The notes beneath the pieces are model-generated. The model was not told the DNA's origin, did no database searches, and worked only from the letters and a program-made list of their open reading frames with translations. Source: a virus (lineage: Duplodnaviria; Caudoviricetes). Taken from it: a DNA stretch of 28,035 nt. A program made the translations under genes and the position numbers. The stretch is from the IMG/VR virus record IMGVR_UViG_3300043414_000322, positions 1 through 28,035 of that record. One strand, 5' to 3'. Shown piece after piece: positions 8,731 through 16,845 of the stretch. Position 1 is the stretch's first letter, and each line of letters opens with the position of its first letter.

Positions 8731-8970
8731 ATGAGCAAAGAATCACTTCCTATTTCGGTTCGTAGTTTGTACACCAAGACCTATGCAAAACATGGAAAAA
8801 CAATTGGTCAATCAAAAGATGCTATGAGCAAAGCATATGAAGCCGTTGAAAAAAAACATGGCAAAGACATAATGGCAAAACTTAAAGAATTTCACGATGC
8901 CAACGAACGCGGGGAATCTGATGGCATGAAGCGTGGAGGCTCTGCTAAGAAAAAACACACCAACTGGTAA
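8731..8970 (+). CDS. small hypothetical protein, array member 6
   Basis: AAGGAG SD before ATG 8731; ends MKRGGSAKKKHTNW*. Confidence 0.75.
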   Translation: MSKESLPISVRSLYTKTYAKHGKTIGQSKDAMSKAYEAVEKKHGKDIMAKLKEFHDANERGESDGMKRGGSAKKKHTNW

Positions 8971-8979
8971 AGAACAAAA

Positions 8980-10053
8980 ATGGCATACAGCGGCACGACA
9001 GGACAGACAGTTGTAACTGTTCAACAATTCATTGACCAAGGTGCTCGCCAAGCGGGTAAATTGGCTGAAGAGTTGACGGTTGAACAAGTGCAGTCTGCAA
9101 AGCAGGCGCTGTTTTTTTTGTTGTCCAATTTGATCAATCAAGGCATCAACTATTGGGCGATTGATAAAGAGGTCTATGGCCTCCAGCCAAACAAATATGA
9201 GTACCTGTTACCCGTGGGTGGCAATGACGTTTTAAACGCCCTTTACAGGCAAATGACGCAGCCCACTGGCACCTACACCTCAAGTGCAGGCGGAACCGCC
9301 TCAAACGTGGCTGACAATGACACAACGACCTTTTGCCAACAAGCATCTTCCAACGGCAACATCCAAGTCAACTACGGTGCAAGCAATTCTCAATATATTG
9401 GCTCAATTGGATTAATGCCGTATGTTTCTGGCGGCGGCTCTGCAACATGGAGTTATTACTATCAAGCGTCTAGCGATAACATAACTTGGACAACTTTGTA
9501 TACGGCTACGGCTGTTACCGTAACGGATGGACAGTGGATATGGGAAGACATTGACCCAGGCGCTAACGTCCAGTACTACCGCATCCTAGCCTTTGGTGGC
9601 ACCACTTTAGCCATTCGTGAATGGTATTTAGGTGTCAATTCTACCGAAATCACCATGGCGCGATTAAATCGCGATGACTACACCAATTTGCCCAACAAAA
9701 ACTTTACTGCGAACCAGCCGTTTCAGTATTGGTTTAATCGGACAATTCCGCAGGCAACTATCACTTTGTGGCCAACACCGCAAAGCGCTTTTTTCCAAAT
9801 GACAATTTGGTACTCGCGTCAGGTAATGGATGTGGGAGATATGAACGGCGAGTTAGAAATTCCTCAGTATGCATTCCAAGCAATTCAATTGATGCTGGCT
9901 CATCAAATGAGTTTGATTTTGCCTGCTGTGGATTTAGCTCGCATTCAATATCTTGAAGCGCAGGCTGATAAGTATTTCATCATGATGGAAAACGAGAACC
10001 GCGACCGTTCTCCGATTTATTACTCGCCCAACATTAGCGTCTACACGAGGTAA
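8980..10053 (+). CDS. probable head-tail adaptor/neck protein with an inserted discoidin (F5/8-type)-like domain
   Basis: Helical N- and C-termini of adaptor type (AKQALFFLLSNLINQG; ITLWPTP; EIPQYAFQAIQLMLA) around a beta insert with YQASSDNITWTTL and QYYRI motifs. Confidence 0.55.
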   Translation: MAYSGTTGQTVVTVQQFIDQGARQAGKLAEELTVEQVQSAKQALFFLLSNLINQGINYWAIDKEVYGLQPNKYEYLLPVGGNDVLNALYRQMTQPTGTYTSSAGGTASNVADNDTTTFCQQASSNGNIQVNYGASNSQYIGSIGLMPYVSGGGSATWSYYYQASSDNITWTTLYTATAVTVTDGQWIWEDIDPGANVQYYRILAFGGTTLAIREWYLGVNSTEITMARLNRDDYTNLPNKNFTANQPFQYWFNRTIPQATITLWPTPQSAFFQMTIWYSRQVMDVGDMNGELEIPQYAFQAIQLMLAHQMSLILPAVDLARIQYLEAQADKYFIMMENENRDRSPIYYSPNISVYTR

Positions 10054-10056
10054 AAA

Positions 10057-10359
10057 ATGCCAATGTTTTTAAACACACTTGGTAATGCTTCGGTAGCGAT
10101 TTTTATTTGTGATCGTTGCAAGATGAAGCGCGCGATTGATGAGGCTATGCCTGATCCAAACTTCCCTGGCCTGCGCGTCTGCCAGCAAGGGTGTGCGGAC
10201 AACAAAGATCCTTATCGTTTGCCTGCTCGAAAGACGGAGCGTATTAATCTAAGATTTCCTCGTCCAGATCAGCCTCTTACACAAGTGGAGGATGCTTATA
10301 CGACCTATGGCGGTTATGTTAATGGGTCTAATTTGATAGACCCTGGTTTTGGAGATTAA
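10057..10359 (+). CDS. small Cys-containing protein, possibly Zn-binding
   Basis: ICDRCK...VCQQGC (CxxC...CxxxC). Confidence 0.7.
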   Translation: MPMFLNTLGNASVAIFICDRCKMKRAIDEAMPDPNFPGLRVCQQGCADNKDPYRLPARKTERINLRFPRPDQPLTQVEDAYTTYGGYVNGSNLIDPGFGD

Positions 10360-10362
10360 AAA

Positions 10363-11763
10363 ATGGCACAGTCAGGTTTTACCCCAATCAAACTTTACCA
10401 TTCCACCACAGCTACTAGTGTCCCTGTAACTGGAAATCTTGCAAATGGTGAGTTAGCAATCAACATTGCAGACGGCAAGTTGTATTACAAAGACAGCGCT
10501 GGTGTAGTTAAGTTACTGGCTTCTAATGCAATTACTACACCTGTTCTTTCTTTTCAAACATCGCTTGGGGGTTTAACTCCTAGCACTGCCACAACTGGCG
10601 TTGTAACGCTGGCTGGTACTTTAAATACAAGTTCTGGCGGTACAGGGTTAACAACGTATACCGCTGGTGATCTTCTTTTTTATGCTGCTGGAACGCTACT
10701 GAGCAAACTTGCAATTGGTACAAATGGACAAGTCATTACATCCAGTGGAACTGCTCCGCAATATGTAGCCCAAAGCACCCTTTCTGTTGGCACAGCAACT
10801 AACATAGCAGGTGGTGCAACGGGTTCTGTGCCCTATAACACAGCCGCAGCCATAACATCATTCTTGGCAATCGGCACGGCTGGACAAGTACTGACGGTCA
10901 ACAGTGGGGCTACAGCGCCGCAGTATGTAAACCAAAGCACTTTATCTGTCGGTTCAGCAACAACAGCAGGGTCAGCGACAACAGCAACAACAGCAACAAC
11001 AGCAACAAACATAGCGGGTGGCTTGGCTGGATCTGTTCCATATAACACTGGTGCAGGTGCAACATCTTTCTTGTCGATTGGCACTGCTAATCAAGTGTTG
11101 ACTGTGAATACAGGAGGTACTGCACCACAGTACGTTGCACAGAGTACATTGTCAGTAGGCACAGCTACAAACATAGCGGGTGGTATTGCTAATCAAATTC
11201 CATATCAGTCTGGAGCAGGTACAACTGTATTTGTTGGTTCCCCTACTGATCAGTTTGTTCTTAAATTTACAACGGCTGGTGGTATTGCATGGGCAGCACC
11301 AAGCGGAACAACAACAAACGCTTTGACTATTAGTACTGGTTTATCTGGTACAAGTTTTAATGGATCTGCTGCGGTAACAATTGCAATTGATAGCACAGTT
11401 GCAACTTTGACTGGAACTCAAACGCTAACAAACAAACGTATTGATCCAAGAATTTATGCGGCAACTAACGTAGGTGTACAGCTTTCGCCTAGTATAAGCG
11501 ATTATGATAATTATGAGTTAACTGCTCAAGCTTCTAACTTTACTGTTAATTCGCCAACTGGAACTCCTGTTGATGGAAATAAAATAATCTTTAGATTTTT
11601 AGATAATGGAACGGCTCGTTCAATTACATGGAATGCAACCTATGTACCTATTGGCGTTACATTGCCTCCAAGTACTATAGTCAATAAAACAACATATGTG
11701 GGTTGTATTTATAACGTCAATAACAATCGTTGGGACGTAGTGGCTGTCACTACACAGGCTTAA
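10363..11763 (+). CDS. tail fibre protein
   Basis: N-terminal LANGELAINIADGKLYYKD virion-attachment motif, internal repeats, GTQTLTNK fibre motif, C-terminal beta domain. Confidence 0.8.
   Translation: MAQSGFTPIKLYHSTTATSVPVTGNLANGELAINIADGKLYYKDSAGVVKLLASNAITTPVLSFQTSLGGLTPSTATTGVVTLAGTLNTSSGGTGLTTYTAGDLLFYAAGTLLSKLAIGTNGQVITSSGTAPQYVAQSTLSVGTATNIAGGATGSVPYNTAAAITSFLAIGTAGQVLTVNSGATAPQYVNQSTLSVGSATTAGSATTATTATTATNIAGGLAGSVPYNTGAGATSFLSIGTANQVLTVNTGGTAPQYVAQSTLSVGTATNIAGGIANQIPYQSGAGTTVFVGSPTDQFVLKFTTAGGIAWAAPSGTTTNALTISTGLSGTSFNGSAAVTIAIDSTVATLTGTQTLTNKRIDPRIYAATNVGVQLSPSISDYDNYELTAQASNFTVNSPTGTPVDGNKIIFRFLDNGTARSITWNATYVPIGVTLPPSTIVNKTTYVGCIYNVNNNRWDVVAVTTQA
10708..11210 (+). repeat. three diverged protein-level repeats in the tail fibre
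   Basis: L[AS]IGTxxQVxT...TAPQYVxQSTLSVG...ATNIAGG three times, with a short ATT-repeat expansion in copy 2. Confidence 0.8.
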
Positions 11764-11765
11764 TC

Positions 11766-12050
11766 ATGGCACAACCAAACGAAGATTTAATTCAATTAAA
11801 TACCTTGTATACCTTTCCATACAAGGGGTTAACCATTACTTTTTACCAAGGTAATGCGGGTGAGGGTTTGCGTAAACATCAGCATGAAAATCCGCATTTA
11901 ACTGTTATATCTTCTGGTAAAGTTTGCATCCGTAAAGAAACTGTTTACAAAGAACTTGTAGAAGGTGATCAGCCAATCAATCTAAAAGAAAATGAATGGC
12001 ATGAAATAGAGATTCTTGAAGACAACACGACTTTTTTTAATTTAATGTAA
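11766..12050 (+). CDS. cupin-fold protein
   Basis: GEGLRKHQHENPHLTVISSGKV...NEWHEIEILED gives the HxH...H cupin metal-binding pattern; ATG 11766 follows the fibre stop. Confidence 0.8.
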   Translation: MAQPNEDLIQLNTLYTFPYKGLTITFYQGNAGEGLRKHQHENPHLTVISSGKVCIRKETVYKELVEGDQPINLKENEWHEIEILEDNTTFFNLM

Positions 12051-12054
12051 TCCC

Positions 12055-12231
12055 ATGAATACATATGTTATTTTTGATTTTGAAGGAAATTTCTCTAACA
12101 TTGTTGTTGGGGATGAAGTTTTTATTCCGCCAAATAATTGTACAGCGCAGTTAGTACCGCAAGGCTATGAGTGGAATGGAACAGAAATAGTCAGAAATCC
12201 TTTGATTCCTCTAAATATAGAGACTATATAA
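12055..12231 (+). CDS. small protein (58 aa), possible tail fibre assembly factor
   Basis: Not in the ORF track. MNTYVIFDFEGNFSNIVVGD...GYEWNGTEIV...IETI* fills the gap between neighbours almost exactly. Confidence 0.65.
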   Translation: MNTYVIFDFEGNFSNIVVGDEVFIPPNNCTAQLVPQGYEWNGTEIVRNPLIPLNIETI

Positions 12232-12232
12232 A

Positions 12233-13957
12233 ATGGCAGATAACAGTACATATGCATTAATCACAAGTGGCTCATGGGTAGTGCCTGCTGGCGTTTCATC
12301 TATCACGGTCGAATGTTTTGGATCTACTAGCAGTTTAGCCTATGGTTATATAACTTCTGCTCAAACAGCAAGATCTGGCGCTTCTTATTCAAAAAGTGCA
12401 AATATATCCGTTACCGCAGGACAAGTTTTTTTCAACAACATCGGAACTGGTGGTGGCAATACTTGGTTTAATACTGTAAATAGTCAGCCAGTTGTGGGTA
12501 CAGACACATCTACAACATCATGTTTGGCTGTTGGTGGAAATACAACTTCAACATCACAAGTAGCTGCCAACATTGGTGATACTATATATGCAGGTGGTGC
12601 TGGTCTTGCGACATCAGGACTCACAGTTTCTGGGGTTGGTGGAAATGCTGGCCCAAATGGTGCAGGAGCCGCTGCTGGCAATCCGTATTCTGCTACTGGC
12701 CAATCGGTAGGTGGTGGTGGGCCTTTTTTAATAGGCTCTGGTGGAGGAGCCAATGGTGGAAGTCAAGGTTCTTTGGGTGTTTTTCCGTATGGCAGAACAG
12801 GTTCTGGTGCAACGCTTGGCGCAGGAAACGGCGAATATTGGTCAGGATCTAGTTTAGTCAGTCAAACATCTGATAATACATTATCATCTTCTTATTTAGG
12901 AAATAACCCACAATCTAGTACTATAAATTATGGCGCATCAGGCGGCAATAGTGTCCAGATAACTGTTGGTCCCTGTTGCTGTTGTACGGTGGGACAATAT
13001 TTTACTATCGACGGTACTAGTGGTTTTATTATTATTACCTTAAATTCACCAACACAAAAAACTATTGCATTTGGCGGAAATCTATCTAATGCTACGTCTT
13101 CAGGATCTTTTACAGTACCCGCAGATTTTGTTTCTCTTGTTACTCTTGAGGCAATTGGAAATGGTGCTGAAGGTAACACACCAACAACAGCAAGTGGTGC
13201 TGGAGGAGGTGGCGGAGGTGCCTATGCATATGTTGCTGGATCATCTGTTACTTCATCAATTGTTGCAGGGTCAACTGTTGTTTATTACAGTGTTACAGGC
13301 AATACTACATCAACATCATCATTAGACAATTGGATAAGAATAGGAACAAATAGCGTACCAACTGCTGTTACTGATGGCGTATTGGCAAAAGGGGGGGTGT
13401 CTACCGCAAACAACATTGGTGGCGCGGGTGGTTCTGCAACTACAAGCGTAGGAACCTTTAAAAATACTGGCGGTACTGGTGGCGCAGGATTTACCGCATC
13501 TCGTTTAAATGCAGGCGGTGGTGGTGGAGCCGCAGGTTTTAATGCTGGCGGCGGTACTGGTGGCGCAGGATTTGCCTCCACAACTAACAGAGGCTCTGGC
13601 GGAGGCGGTGCTGCAAACAATACTACTTCTGGAAACGCTGGACTAACTGCCGCTGGCGGCGCAGGCGCGTCTGGATTAGGTACTGGCGGTACTGGTGCTA
13701 CAGCTTCCTTATCGGCTACAGCGGGTACAAATGGTGGTGGCGGTGGCGGCGGGTTTGGAAGTTCTCAGGCTGCTGGCGGTGCTGGCAGCGCAATAAGCAC
13801 AACAGGTATTTACACTATAAAATCTGGTAATGGCGGAACAACTAATAAAGGCGGAACTGGCGGAGGAACTGGCCTTCAAAATGGCGGTACAGTTGTCTTT
13901 ACATACAGCACAGTAGCAGTAACAACAGCCACAGGTAATTTCTTTTTAATGTTTTAA
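12233..13957 (+). CDS. glycine-rich tail adhesin/receptor-binding protein with two tandem Gly-rich domains
   Basis: SGSWVVPAGVSSITVECFG and SGSFTVPADFVSLVTLEAIG each open a GGxGG-rich domain closed by GFIIIT or GTVVFTY; ends GNFFLMF. Confidence 0.75.
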   Translation: MADNSTYALITSGSWVVPAGVSSITVECFGSTSSLAYGYITSAQTARSGASYSKSANISVTAGQVFFNNIGTGGGNTWFNTVNSQPVVGTDTSTTSCLAVGGNTTSTSQVAANIGDTIYAGGAGLATSGLTVSGVGGNAGPNGAGAAAGNPYSATGQSVGGGGPFLIGSGGGANGGSQGSLGVFPYGRTGSGATLGAGNGEYWSGSSLVSQTSDNTLSSSYLGNNPQSSTINYGASGGNSVQITVGPCCCCTVGQYFTIDGTSGFIIITLNSPTQKTIAFGGNLSNATSSGSFTVPADFVSLVTLEAIGNGAEGNTPTTASGAGGGGGGAYAYVAGSSVTSSIVAGSTVVYYSVTGNTTSTSSLDNWIRIGTNSVPTAVTDGVLAKGGVSTANNIGGAGGSATTSVGTFKNTGGTGGAGFTASRLNAGGGGGAAGFNAGGGTGGAGFASTTNRGSGGGGAANNTTSGNAGLTAAGGAGASGLGTGGTGATASLSATAGTNGGGGGGGFGSSQAAGGAGSAISTTGIYTIKSGNGGTTNKGGTGGGTGLQNGGTVVFTYSTVAVTTATGNFFLMF

Positions 13958-13966
13958 GGATCAATC

Positions 13967-14116
13967 ATGGAATCAATTCAAGTAACAACTCAGACGCTGA
14001 ACAAGATTTTGGCTTACTTGGGTACACGCCCATACCAAGAAGTGTTTCAAGTAATTGAAGCTATTCAGCAAGAAGCAAAAAATCAACCAGAATTTGAAGA
14101 AGAGAAAAATGAGTGA
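13967..14116 (+). CDS. small hypothetical protein (49 aa)
   Basis: Not in the ORF track. AAGGA SD; MESIQVTTQTLNKILAYLGTRPYQEVFQVIEAIQQEAK...KNE*. Confidence 0.75.
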   Translation: MESIQVTTQTLNKILAYLGTRPYQEVFQVIEAIQQEAKNQPEFEEEKNE

Positions 14117-14306
14117 AGATACAGACATACGGATAGCGGTTCACGAGGCTATTTGCGCAGAGCGGTATAAGCACATTGAAGACTCTCTTACTAAGGGTGA
14201 AGCGCGCATGACCAAGATTGAGTATTTGTTGTACGCAGTCATGGTGTGCGTGTTGTTTGGGCCTGGCGTAGCGGGAGAGTTTGTCAAAAAGTTCTTGGGG
14301 CTATGA
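14109..14306 (+). CDS. small coiled-coil plus single-TM protein (holin-like/lysis accessory)
   Basis: HEAICAERY helix then hydrophobic YLLYAVMVCVLFG; first gene of the lysis cluster. Confidence 0.65.
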   Translation: MSEDTDIRIAVHEAICAERYKHIEDSLTKGEARMTKIEYLLYAVMVCVLFGPGVAGEFVKKFLGL

Positions 14307-14307
14307 A

Positions 14308-14973
14308 ATCGACCCGCTCACTATCTTGCTGGCTGCTCGCGCCTGTGTTAGCGCAATCCAACAAGGTACTGCTTTGTACAAGCAAGCCAAAACCGCTTTT
14401 ATGGAGGTCAAGTCCATTGTTGAAGAAACTGCTGGTGTTGCCCGACAGGCCAAAAGTTTTTGGGCCAAGCTCTTCGGAGCCAAAAAAGAGCCTGTGGCGC
14501 AAGCGACGCGAAAAAAAGAAAAATATGTAGCTGTCGACGAGACAAAAGTGCTCTCGGATATTGTGAGTCAATTGAGCACTTTTTTTCGTTTGCAGGATCA
14601 GTTAGCACAGCACATAAAAGAGGAAGAAGAAAAAAGTAAAAACGTTTACGATCCTGACGCAAATTTGATGGAGGCCGCCCTCCACAGGATCATGGCGCAA
14701 GATCAAATGGCGGCTTTGGAAACGGAAATACGAGAGGCGATGGTATACGGGGCTCCAAAGGAGATGGGAGCTCTGTACAGCCGAACATTTGCCACGCGTG
14801 ACATCATCAAAGCAGAGCAGGAAAAAGCAAGAAAGAAGCGGGATGAACAATCATGGCAACGCAAGGAAAAGGAGCGCCTTTCAAGCGAAAGGCAGGCGTA
14901 CCTGCTAGTGACTTTGCTTTTCCTCCTGTACCTGTGGCTACTCCTGATCCTCCTGAACAGGACTGGGAGCTAG
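14308..14973 (+). CDS. coiled-coil protein with C-terminal TM anchor (start uncertain: ATC 14308 or TTG 14281)
   Basis: IDPLTILLAARACVSAI..., long helical body, C-terminal YLLVTLLFLLYLWLLLILL. Confidence 0.7.
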   Translation: MDPLTILLAARACVSAIQQGTALYKQAKTAFMEVKSIVEETAGVARQAKSFWAKLFGAKKEPVAQATRKKEKYVAVDETKVLSDIVSQLSTFFRLQDQLAQHIKEEEEKSKNVYDPDANLMEAALHRIMAQDQMAALETEIREAMVYGAPKEMGALYSRTFATRDIIKAEQEKARKKRDEQSWQRKEKERLSSERQAYLLVTLLFLLYLWLLLILLNRTGS

Positions 14974-14975
14974 TG

Positions 14976-15152
14976 ATGGGGTGGATCGCGGCGTTAATTT
15001 TGGTGGTTTTGATGCTCCCTCTTCTTGGCATGCTGTTCATGGACGTGTTACAAACAAAAAAAGAAGCTCAAATCCAAATTCAAAAAATGGAAAAACTTAG
15101 GCAAAAAATTGAAAAGGAAAGAAATGATTCCAATAGTCGCAACACTCCTTAG
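14976..15152 (+). CDS. N-terminal TM plus coiled-coil small protein (alternative start 14853)
   Basis: GGAG just upstream; WIAALILVVLMLPLLGMLF then a charged helix. Confidence 0.6.
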   Translation: MGWIAALILVVLMLPLLGMLFMDVLQTKKEAQIQIQKMEKLRQKIEKERNDSNSRNTP

Positions 15153-15633
15153 TAGCTTAGCTCAAAACGGGCTTGGTTTACTATCCTCTGCAATTCAAGC
15201 CAAAGGCAAAGAGGTAGTAGAAAAAACGCTTGGCGTGAACATTCCTGACGCACCGACCCCTGAAGATGTCAGCAAACTACGTCAACTTCAATTTGAACAT
15301 GAAGAGCGCCTGTTGGAATTAGGAATTGAAAAAGCCAAGATGGAATTGGCTGAACTAGAAGTGCTTGCCAAGGCCGCGCAAAACGATGCTGACAACATCA
15401 CAGACCGCTGGACAGCGGATATGACTTCTGATTCATGGTTGTCTAAAAACATACGCCCTATAAGCCTTATAGCCATTTTGGCGGCTTATTTTATTTTTAC
15501 AACCATGTCGGCTTTTGGGTACAACGCAAATGAGGGATATGTAAATTTGCTTGCTGGCTGGGGCCAGCTAGTGATGGGCGCATATTTCGCAGGCAGGACG
15601 GCTGAGAAGATCATGGAAATGAGGAAGAAATGA
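15124..15633 (+). CDS. probable holin (GTA 3TM-holin-like)
   Basis: AAGGA SD; DSWLSKNIRP followed by two hydrophobic segments ending YFAGRTAEK; close to the endolysin. Confidence 0.65.
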   Translation: MIPIVATLLSSLAQNGLGLLSSAIQAKGKEVVEKTLGVNIPDAPTPEDVSKLRQLQFEHEERLLELGIEKAKMELAELEVLAKAAQNDADNITDRWTADMTSDSWLSKNIRPISLIAILAAYFIFTTMSAFGYNANEGYVNLLAGWGQLVMGAYFAGRTAEKIMEMRKK

Positions 15634-15854
15634 AAGCTAAATTAACTTTTCTTGTGACCCTGATGGTCAGTTTTACCTTATGCGTCGTTATCCTTGGCAT
15701 GGTTGGCGTTTTGATGGTTGGGTTGTTTGACCCCATCGTGGACAACACCGAAATATTCAAACTTATTGGCCCAGCATTTCAAACCATTGTAGGTGGCTTT
15801 ATTGGCTTGCTGGCTGGTGTAAAACTGTCTCACAAAGACGAGGAAGAAAAATGA
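15630..15854 (+). CDS. two-TM membrane protein (holin-like)
   Basis: Two long hydrophobic segments and a charged C-tail; ATGA overlaps at both ends. Confidence 0.65.
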   Translation: MKAKLTFLVTLMVSFTLCVVILGMVGVLMVGLFDPIVDNTEIFKLIGPAFQTIVGGFIGLLAGVKLSHKDEEEK

Positions 15855-16192
15855 GCTTAAGCACCGAACAAGCCGCATTCTTGCTGGACTTTTGCAAACT
15901 AATTCAATACGCCACAGAGCAGGGCTTTGTTGTGACCGCTGGGGAGGTTGCCCGCACCCCCGAACAGCAAGCCATTTACTTCAAAACAGGTCGCTCAAAG
16001 ACTATGAATTCCATCCACCTGAAACGGTGCGCTGGAGACTTGAACTTCTTCAGGGATGGGAAGATAATATGGGATAAGGCAACCATTGCCCCGTTGGGCG
16101 CATATTGGGAATCTCTACACTCTAAAAATCGTTGGGGTGGAAATTTTTCTAATCTTGTAGATTGCCCTCACTTTGAACGCAACGTGGGTTAA
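15851..16192 (+). CDS. endolysin, M15 family Zn peptidase (L-Ala-D-Glu peptidase-like)
   Basis: RTPEQQ...SIHLKRCAGD...WGGNF...DCPHFE matches the M15 R / SxHxxxxAxD / DxxH catalytic pattern. Confidence 0.85.
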   Translation: MSLSTEQAAFLLDFCKLIQYATEQGFVVTAGEVARTPEQQAIYFKTGRSKTMNSIHLKRCAGDLNFFRDGKIIWDKATIAPLGAYWESLHSKNRWGGNFSNLVDCPHFERNVG

Positions 16193-16201
16193 AGGAAAGA
16201 T

Positions 16202-16843
16202 ATGGCTACAACTCCATCATGGGTGATGACTTATGAAAGTCTTACATCATCGGTGCTAACGTATCTTGAACGTAGCGATCCTGCGACCGTAGCCGCCATT
16301 CCTACTTTCATTACGCTGGCTGAGTTTGAAATCTCCCAACAGATTAAGACGCTTGGACAGTTACAAGTAGTCACCTCAACCATGCTGGCGGGAACACCAA
16401 ACTTGCAAAAGCCTGCTCGTTGGAGGAAGACCGTTTCCATGACCTTGACCAATGCTGCTGGCCAGACACAGCCCGTCTTGCTTCGCAAATTTGAATATTT
16501 GCTTAATTACTGGCCAAAAGCTAGTAGTACATCAACTCCCTTGTACTACGCCGACAGTGACTTTGAACATTGGTACTTAGCACCAACACCCGATATAGCA
16601 TACACATTTGAAGTGCTGTTTTATGAGCGCATTGAGCCTTTGAGTTCAACAAATGAAACTAACTGGTTGACTCGGTATGCACCAAATGCCATGCTGTTCG
16701 GCACACTGTTGCAGGCCATGTTGTTTTTGAAAAACGACAACAGGGCTATTTTTCAACAGAAATACACTGAAGCCATCAATGCCCTCAAGACCGAGGATAT
16801 TTCTCGTGTCGGAGATCGTCAAGCTATTGCCGTGGACTCTTAA
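16202..16843 (+). CDS. probable head-tail adaptor/tail tubular protein A-like
   Basis: [16 protein letters not shown]...IPTFITLAE...LAPTPD...[16 protein letters not shown] pattern of podovirus connector proteins. Confidence 0.65.
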   Translation: MATTPSWVMTYESLTSSVLTYLERSDPATVAAIPTFITLAEFEISQQIKTLGQLQVVTSTMLAGTPNLQKPARWRKTVSMTLTNAAGQTQPVLLRKFEYLLNYWPKASSTSTPLYYADSDFEHWYLAPTPDIAYTFEVLFYERIEPLSSTNETNWLTRYAPNAMLFGTLLQAMLFLKNDNRAIFQQKYTEAINALKTEDISRVGDRQAIAVDS

Positions 16844-16845
16844 TC

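Noticed and set aside
7087-8970. Repeated TGGTAA as a DNA recombination site (integron-like cassettes) or CRISPR-like repeat
   Set aside because: Identity is limited to the Trp and stop codons, upstream codons differ at synonymous positions, spacing is irregular, and no palindromic att sites, integrase or cas genes are present.
10363-13957. Diversity-generating retroelement target in the fibre genes
   Set aside because: No reverse transcriptase in the window, and no template/variable repeat pair differing at adenines was seen.
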